DNA from: an uncultured Verrucomicrobiae bacterium
GTDB lineage: Bacteria; Verrucomicrobiota; Verrucomicrobiia; Chthoniobacterales; JAFAMB01
Assembly: GCA_963837955.1 (NCBI GenBank)
Contig: CAWIPH010000002.1
Coordinates: forward strand, 992,001 to 1,056,000
Direction of reading: 5' to 3'
DNA: 64,000 bases
A program made the position numbers and the translations under genes. Below are positions 58,662 to 64,000 of the stretch, piece by piece; within the stretch, counting starts at the first letter, position 1; each line of letters opens with the position of its first letter. The notes under the pieces were generated by a model. The model did no database searches. It was not told where the DNA came from and saw nothing but the letters and a program-made list of their open reading frames with translations.

Positions 58662-59390
58662 CTAGCTCCCAGAGTCTAAATTCTTATTGAGCTGGGCTAG
58701 CACCTCCGGGTCGCGTACATCCGCCCACTCGCCGATAATCTCGACAGCCTGTACGTGTTTTCCGGCCAAGCTCATTGCCCGGATCGCGTCAGTTAGCTCG
58801 TACTCACCGCGGGGCGATTTTTCCAGACGGGCGACATACTCAAAAATGGAGGCGCGAAAAACGTAGATCCCTGCGTTGTACCAAGGTGTTGCTGCTTCGT
58901 TTGGTTTGGGCTTTTCCCGCAAGTCGATCAATTCGAAGCGATCGTTGAGGTACACGGCACCACCCTTTGAAACATCGGTAGATCGCTTCACTGCCATCGA
59001 CATTTCGGCATCCTGAAGATCGCAGAGGCTAGGATAATAGGAAGGGTCGACCAGAATGTCTCCGTAGCTAAGCAGAAACGGATCCTTGCCGCAGAATGGC
59101 TCGGCCAACGCGACCACGCGTCCGGTGCCATCCTGAACGATCTGTTCCGCATATTGGATCTGCATTCCGAAGCCGGCGCCATTTTGGAAATGATCTCTAA
59201 CCACTTCCTTCCGATAGCCGACTACGATCAGGAGCTCTTGGATTCCCGCTCGACGCAAACCTTCCACGATGATCTGGAGGACCGGTTTCCCCCGGACCTT
59301 GACCATCGGTTTTGGAATCGACTCGGTCAGGTCCCGCATGCGCGTACCGCGACCAGCGGCTAGCACTACGGCTCGATGAATAGCGCTCAT
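58662..59390 (-). CDS. Sugar-phosphate nucleotidyltransferase
   Basis: LAAGRGTRM, PKPMV, YGDIL and KSPRGEYELTDAI motifs. Confidence 0.9.
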   Translation of the reverse strand: MSAIHRAVVLAAGRGTRMRDLTESIPKPMVKVRGKPVLQIIVEGLRRAGIQELLIVVGYRKEVVRDHFQNGAGFGMQIQYAEQIVQDGTGRVVALAEPFCGKDPFLLSYGDILVDPSYYPSLCDLQDAEMSMAVKRSTDVSKGGAVYLNDRFELIDLREKPKPNEAATPWYNAGIYVFRASIFEYVARLEKSPRGEYELTDAIRAMSLAGKHVQAVEIIGEWADVRDPEVLAQLNKNLDSGS

Positions 59391-59423
59391 TTGCGGCGTT
59401 GAAGGCTTGCGCAGTAGGCTTGG

Positions 59424-60623
59424 TCAACAAGTGCGAAGGAAGGTTTCGATTCGATCGGTCGCTTCGCGCAATTTTTCGAAGCTGGTAGCGAAACAGCAAC
59501 GCACAAATCCTTCGCCTGACATCCCGAAGGCATCTCCCGGCACCACCGCCACCTTTTGAGACTCCAACAAAGCCAAAGAAAACTGTTTACTTGTCAGGCC
59601 GGTTTTTCCGATGTGCGGAAAAACGTAGAATGTGCCCTTCGGAGAATGGCAAGGCAGGCCCATCTCGTTGAACCGAGTGACCACAAAATTGCGGCGCCGT
59701 TCGTAGTCCGAACGCATTGCGGCAACCTCCTTTGTACAATTCTCGAGCGCCTCGATAGCAGCCTCCTGGGATAGCACCGATGCGCACATAATAGCGTATT
59801 GGTGTATTTTCATCATCGCTTCAATGATGGGTGCTGGAGCACAGGCGTAGCCTACCCGGAATCCGGTCATCGCAAACGATTTGGAGCAACCGTTCAGGAG
59901 GATGGTTCGTTCCTTCATGCCCGGTAAAGACGCGATCGAGACGTGTCTGGTGCCGTCATAGACGATCTCGCTGTAGATTTCATCGGACAAAACCAGCAGG
60001 TCGTGCTGGAGGCACAAATCAGCAATCGAACGCAGGTCCTCTAGCAACATGACTCCGCCGGTAGGATTAGTCGGAAAGCTCAAGAGCAGCGCCTTCGTAC
60101 GCGGCGTGATCTTCGCTTCCAGCTTTTCCGGTAACAAACGAAAATCGTGCTCAGCGTCGGTTTGGACTGAGATCGCTCGTCCTCCGACTAGTGCGATGCT
60201 TGGATTGTAGGAGACGTAGCTCGGCTCGTGAAATATGACTTCGTCTCCAGGATTGATGATCGCTCGAAGAGCCAGGTCAAGCGCTTCAGAGACGCCCACC
60301 GAGACCAACACTTCTTTTGGCGCATCATAAGTAATGCCGAATTTCGAAAGATATTGGGTAATCGCGGTGCGGAGCCTAGGTAAACCTAGATTGGAGGTGT
60401 ACCCCGTCTTCCCTTTTTCCATCGCGAAAATCGCCGCCTCCCGGATCCGCCAGGGTGTCACGAAATCAGGCTCGCCGATTCCCAGCGAGATGACGTCCGT
60501 CATCGACTGAACCACTTCAAAGAAATCTCGAATTCCCGACTTGGGTATAGTGAGAACGTGAGCTGCAATGAAGCGGCGCGAATCCGAGTCGGATTTGTCG
60601 CGAGCTTGTCGAGAAGTATTCAT
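59424..60623 (-). CDS. Class I/II PLP-dependent aminotransferase
   Basis: SGIRDFF, SLGIGEPDF, PTNPTG, SDEIY and SKSFAMTGFRVG motifs. Confidence 0.93.
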   Translation of the reverse strand: MNTSRQARDKSDSDSRRFIAAHVLTIPKSGIRDFFEVVQSMTDVISLGIGEPDFVTPWRIREAAIFAMEKGKTGYTSNLGLPRLRTAITQYLSKFGITYDAPKEVLVSVGVSEALDLALRAIINPGDEVIFHEPSYVSYNPSIALVGGRAISVQTDAEHDFRLLPEKLEAKITPRTKALLLSFPTNPTGGVMLLEDLRSIADLCLQHDLLVLSDEIYSEIVYDGTRHVSIASLPGMKERTILLNGCSKSFAMTGFRVGYACAPAPIIEAMMKIHQYAIMCASVLSQEAAIEALENCTKEVAAMRSDYERRRNFVVTRFNEMGLPCHSPKGTFYVFPHIGKTGLTSKQFSLALLESQKVAVVPGDAFGMSGEGFVRCCFATSFEKLREATDRIETFLRTC

Positions 60624-61099
60624 GGCGTGACCGGCAATCTCTCAACAGCGATTGAAGGGCTCAACAAAACCCCATTCTGTTTATAAGTCTTCAGCCGGAA
60701 CCGAGTCGCTGTCGAAATAACTCCTTCGACGGTGCTCAATTTCTCGGAAACAAAGCGAGCAATTTCGCGCAAATGGTTTCCCTCCACAATAATCGCCAGA
60801 TCATAGCCACCGCTCATGAGCCAGCAGCTCTTTACCTCATCGAAACGCGCAATCCGCTCAGCCAATCGGTCGAATCCACCGCCGCGTTCAGGCGTGATCC
60901 TTACCTCAATATAGGCGGTAACGGCATCCGGGTCCGTTCGTTCTGCGTCGATCACGGCCTGGTAGGCGAGAATAACCCCAGCTTCCTCATAGCCGGCGAT
61001 CTTGGCTTCCACTTCGGCGGCGGAAAGATTCAAAAGTTTGCCCAATTCGGCAGAAGAAAGTTTCGAGTTCTGGTGAAGAAGTTCGAGGAGAGGATCCAT
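60620..61099 (-). CDS. Lrp/AsnC family transcriptional regulator
   Basis: N-terminal HTH, IEVRITPERGGGFD and LMSGGYDL motifs; coupled to the aminotransferase gene. Confidence 0.92.
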   Translation of the reverse strand: MDPLLELLHQNSKLSSAELGKLLNLSAAEVEAKIAGYEEAGVILAYQAVIDAERTDPDAVTAYIEVRITPERGGGFDRLAERIARFDEVKSCWLMSGGYDLAIIVEGNHLREIARFVSEKLSTVEGVISTATRFRLKTYKQNGVLLSPSIAVERLPVTP

Positions 61100-61176
61100 A
61101 AAGTTAATGACCAATAGCCAATAGCCGATAGCCGAGAATTTGCTATTTGCTATTTGCAATATCAGCGTTGGCGACG

Positions 61177-62256
61177 CTAGTCGCCGAAGCTGATGTCCAC
61201 AGCTCGAGCGGTTTCGATAAGCTGGTTTTCGAGATCGACAACGCGTAGCCGATGCACGGCCTCGGCGATAGAGACGTCCTGCACTTCGTAATGCTGATAG
61301 CTCACCATCCGTCCAAACTTACCTTCGTGGATCAGGCTTACCGCCTTCACACCGAAACGTGTACCCAAGATTCGATCGAGAGAACCGGGAGCTCCGCCTC
61401 GTTGCAAATGGCCCAGGATGCAGTACCGCGTTTCCTTTCCGGTGCGTTCGGCTACTTCGCGGGCAACAATTTCGCCGACGCCACCGAGCCGATACTCGCC
61501 GCGATGAGTTTGTTGATAGTGCTGAATCCCGTTCCGAGGGCGGGCGCCTTCGGCCACGACAATCATGGTACTCTGGTATCCGGCCGCATCCCGCTGCCGC
61601 ACGGCTTCGGCAACTCTTTCCCATTCGAAAGGAATTTCTGGCAGAAGAATGACGTCGGCGCCGCCACCGATTCCTCCATGGAGCGCTATCCACCCGGCAT
61701 GCCGGCCCATCACTTCCAGAACCATTGCACGTTTGTGGCTGGCGGCCGTGGAGTGAAGGCGATCCAAAGCGTCCGTCACGCAGCTGACCGCGGAGTAAAA
61801 GCCGAAGGTCATAGCGGTTGCTTCGATGTCGTTGTCGATCGTCTTGGGAACGCCAATAATCGGGAAGCCCAGTTCGAAGAGCTGCAACGCAGTCGTCAAT
61901 GAACCATCGCCGCCGATAACAATCAGACCCTCGATTTTCAGTTCCTCGAGAGTGGCTCTGGCCTGGTTCACGATTTCGCCCGGGATCATTGTTTTCTCGC
62001 CGCCGGCCACCTTGGCGATGAAATGCCCTTTGTTCGTCGTCCCGAGAATGGTTCCTCCCTGTTGCATGATTCCGGCCGTTGTAGCGCGATCTAGAATCAT
62101 GAACTGGCTGGGCGGAAGGAGTCCTTCGAATCCATCCCGGAACCCTACGACCTGCCAATCCAGTTTTTCGGCGGCTTTGGTGACCCCGCGCAATACCGCG
62201 TTCAGCCCCGGACAATCACCGCCGCTTGTGAGCACCCCAATCCTCTTAGCAAACAT
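61177..62256 (-). CDS. pfkA: 6-phosphofructokinase (group III type)
   Basis: TSGGDCPGLN, GGDG, PKTIDND, EVMGR and LGHLQRGG motifs. Confidence 0.95.
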   Translation of the reverse strand: MFAKRIGVLTSGGDCPGLNAVLRGVTKAAEKLDWQVVGFRDGFEGLLPPSQFMILDRATTAGIMQQGGTILGTTNKGHFIAKVAGGEKTMIPGEIVNQARATLEELKIEGLIVIGGDGSLTTALQLFELGFPIIGVPKTIDNDIEATAMTFGFYSAVSCVTDALDRLHSTAASHKRAMVLEVMGRHAGWIALHGGIGGGADVILLPEIPFEWERVAEAVRQRDAAGYQSTMIVVAEGARPRNGIQHYQQTHRGEYRLGGVGEIVAREVAERTGKETRYCILGHLQRGGAPGSLDRILGTRFGVKAVSLIHEGKFGRMVSYQHYEVQDVSIAEAVHRLRVVDLENQLIETARAVDISFGD

Positions 62257-62262
62257 ATGGAA

Positions 62263-63207
62263 CTACCGCTTGGCTTCAGTAAGAGGACGACCCGCAGCCG
62301 CCCATTGGTCGTACAGGCTCCAGGCTCGGCCAAGCAACTGAGACGCAGCCGAAAAGCGGTCAGCCGCGCCCAAGACCACGATGTCGACGCGACGAGGGGT
62401 TACCAAAGTAGTTGCTCCATCCTGTTTGATTTCGGGATCGTGCTGTGATGACAACACTACGCACTGGCCCGCTTTTGCGGTGGTTCCAGTTTTCACCCCA
62501 TCGACCCCGTTGTTGCCGAGAAGCTCATTTGTATTTCGAAGCATATATAGAAGCACCTGGCCGCTCCGGTTAATCGAAACCTTGCGTTCTTTCTGAGAAA
62601 CGTAGAAACGAAATCCAGCATCGCTCATCGAGTAGACCGTTAGCTTGGCCACATCGGCTGCCGTCGAATACGGCTGAAGACCTCTTTCCGGTTCCAAACC
62701 GTGTGGGTTCACGAACAAGGTATGCTCCATCCTCAACTCGCGAGCCAGTGCGTTCATCTGGCTCACAAAGGCTTCGATCGGACCGAGTTCTTGGATCGCT
62801 GATCCCCCGCGAGCGCGAAGCTGTCCTCCCACGGCATAAGCTAAGGCCGTCGCCGCAGTGTTGTCTGACTGCAGAAGCGCGGCATAAACGAGATCGCGAT
62901 AGCTGACTTGGTCATCCGGTTGCAGACCCATTGGGTTGATCCCGCCAGAGTTGAACGCTTGGGCCGAGATTCCCACCAGCTGGGCCAAATCGGTGTTGGT
63001 TTTGGCGGCCCAATCCAACACTACCTTCGCGGTGGCAATTTTAGTGAGGCTGGCGATCTGCCTTTTTTGGTCGGACTTGTAGCCTTCGAGCACGTGACCG
63101 CTGGTGTGGTCGATCAGGATGTATGCCGCCGCTGTCTGGGCGCGCCCGGCGGCAGTGAGAAAAACCGCTACTCCAAATAGGATACAGAATCGAGCTGTGT
63201 TCAGCAT
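62263..63207 (-). CDS. D-alanyl-D-alanine carboxypeptidase (peptidase S11)
   Basis: Signal peptide; SxxK (ASLTK), SDN, NPHGL and KTG motifs. Confidence 0.9.
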   Translation of the reverse strand: MLNTARFCILFGVAVFLTAAGRAQTAAAYILIDHTSGHVLEGYKSDQKRQIASLTKIATAKVVLDWAAKTNTDLAQLVGISAQAFNSGGINPMGLQPDDQVSYRDLVYAALLQSDNTAATALAYAVGGQLRARGGSAIQELGPIEAFVSQMNALARELRMEHTLFVNPHGLEPERGLQPYSTAADVAKLTVYSMSDAGFRFYVSQKERKVSINRSGQVLLYMLRNTNELLGNNGVDGVKTGTTAKAGQCVVLSSQHDPEIKQDGATTLVTPRRVDIVVLGAADRFSAASQLLGRAWSLYDQWAAAGRPLTEAKR

Positions 63208-63345
63208 GGTGTAAAACGCGCTCACTTTATTGCGGTTCCTCAGTAAGGCAACGCTGAAGTCGGTCCGTATGCACTGGTGCGCGGAATTTACCGTTGTGTA
63301 GGTAGGGAGAGAGAGATCAGTTGGCGATTTTTCAAGGCGCACTAG

Positions 63346-63816
63346 CTAATCTAATTCATCTGGCATGCCCAACTTCGGTGGAGATGAGGGAGACCACGGA
63401 TTCACATTAAAGCGCGATTCCTCCAGCTGGCTGACAGTCAAATCGCTCAACGCCAACGCTTGATCGACTCGGAATCCGCGAAATTCCGGGCAAAATTGGA
63501 TCAAATTCTTATGAGCTAGCTTGAACAAACGCCAGGCTGGGCGTAAGCGCCGGCCATCGGTCGGATGGGTTGGGCGCCGAAATTGTTTTTGAAGATGAAC
63601 AAAAGCTCCGGCCAGCTGGATGAGCCCCTTATAAAAGGTAGCGTCCGGCTCGAGCGCTCGGAGCCACAACTGCTCGAGGACATCATGAGCCTCGTAGTAT
63701 TGCTGCTCGTTAAATAGCTGGAAATAAGCGCGGTAGTAGGCGCGATTATCTATTTTTCCATCGCTCGAGAGTCCCCGAGTAAACGCGGCAACCCTGTCCT
63801 CCTTCTTCATTGGCAT
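63346..63816 (-). CDS. DUF309 domain protein
   Basis: LFNEQQYYEAHDVLEQLW and FYKGLIQLAGAFVH motifs. Confidence 0.85.
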   Translation of the reverse strand: MPMKKEDRVAAFTRGLSSDGKIDNRAYYRAYFQLFNEQQYYEAHDVLEQLWLRALEPDATFYKGLIQLAGAFVHLQKQFRRPTHPTDGRRLRPAWRLFKLAHKNLIQFCPEFRGFRVDQALALSDLTVSQLEESRFNVNPWSPSSPPKLGMPDELD

Positions 63817-64000
63817 GTTTGCTTCAGCGTCGCAGCCTTCGGCTTCGCCTGGGCAACTAATCCACAACTGACCCGAAAGGCAAGCCTGGGCGCGCGGACT
63901 GCTGCATTGTGATCTGTCATTTGACATTCCTAATAGACTATCGGCTAGGCATTTGCAGAACTTGGTTGCGCGAACGGCCTCGCGCACCCGAATATGAGGC

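Noticed and set aside
61110..61160. Heptamer runs (CCAATAG, TTGCTAT); also simple repeats at 16497-16525 and 58434-58460
   Set aside because: Short low-complexity intergenic repeats with no evidence of function; they make the extended Lrp N-terminus in the ORF track unlikely.
61319..62215. 298-aa alternative-frame ORF within pfkA
   Set aside because: Arg-rich off-frame shadow with no recognisable domain.

Overview
Bacterial chromosomal segment of about 55% GC (visual estimate). Gene content and order suggest a soil Verrucomicrobium (Chthoniobacterales-like); this is inference. Core content: an A1-type cytochrome c oxidase cluster (coxB-coxA-ctaA-ctaB-small ORF-coxC-SCO-like), System II cytochrome c biogenesis (ccsB/ccsA), a sigma54-preceded urea ABC transporter (urtABCDE), trpC, tRNA-Gly(GCC) followed by a small accessory islet, hemQ, folB/bioD/glmM/dacA/folP, mcsA-mcsB-clpC, ilvE, rplU-rpmA, ispA, nadE, pfkA and a D,D-carboxypeptidase. 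Intergenic space is dense in at least four families of palindromic REP/MITE-like repeats, some tandemly amplified. The most notable unannotated signals are: (1) a Cys-Cys leader peptide plus operator palindrome upstream of a divergent SsuE-like gene, a candidate cysteine-sensing attenuator; (2) a poxB cassette with gene debris bounded by ~37-bp direct repeats; (3) a SCO protein lacking all copper ligands, followed by a small CxxC membrane protein; (4) REP-associated tandem duplications. No CRISPR array, integrase, transposase or recognisable defence system was seen. All calls come from motif recognition without database searches.
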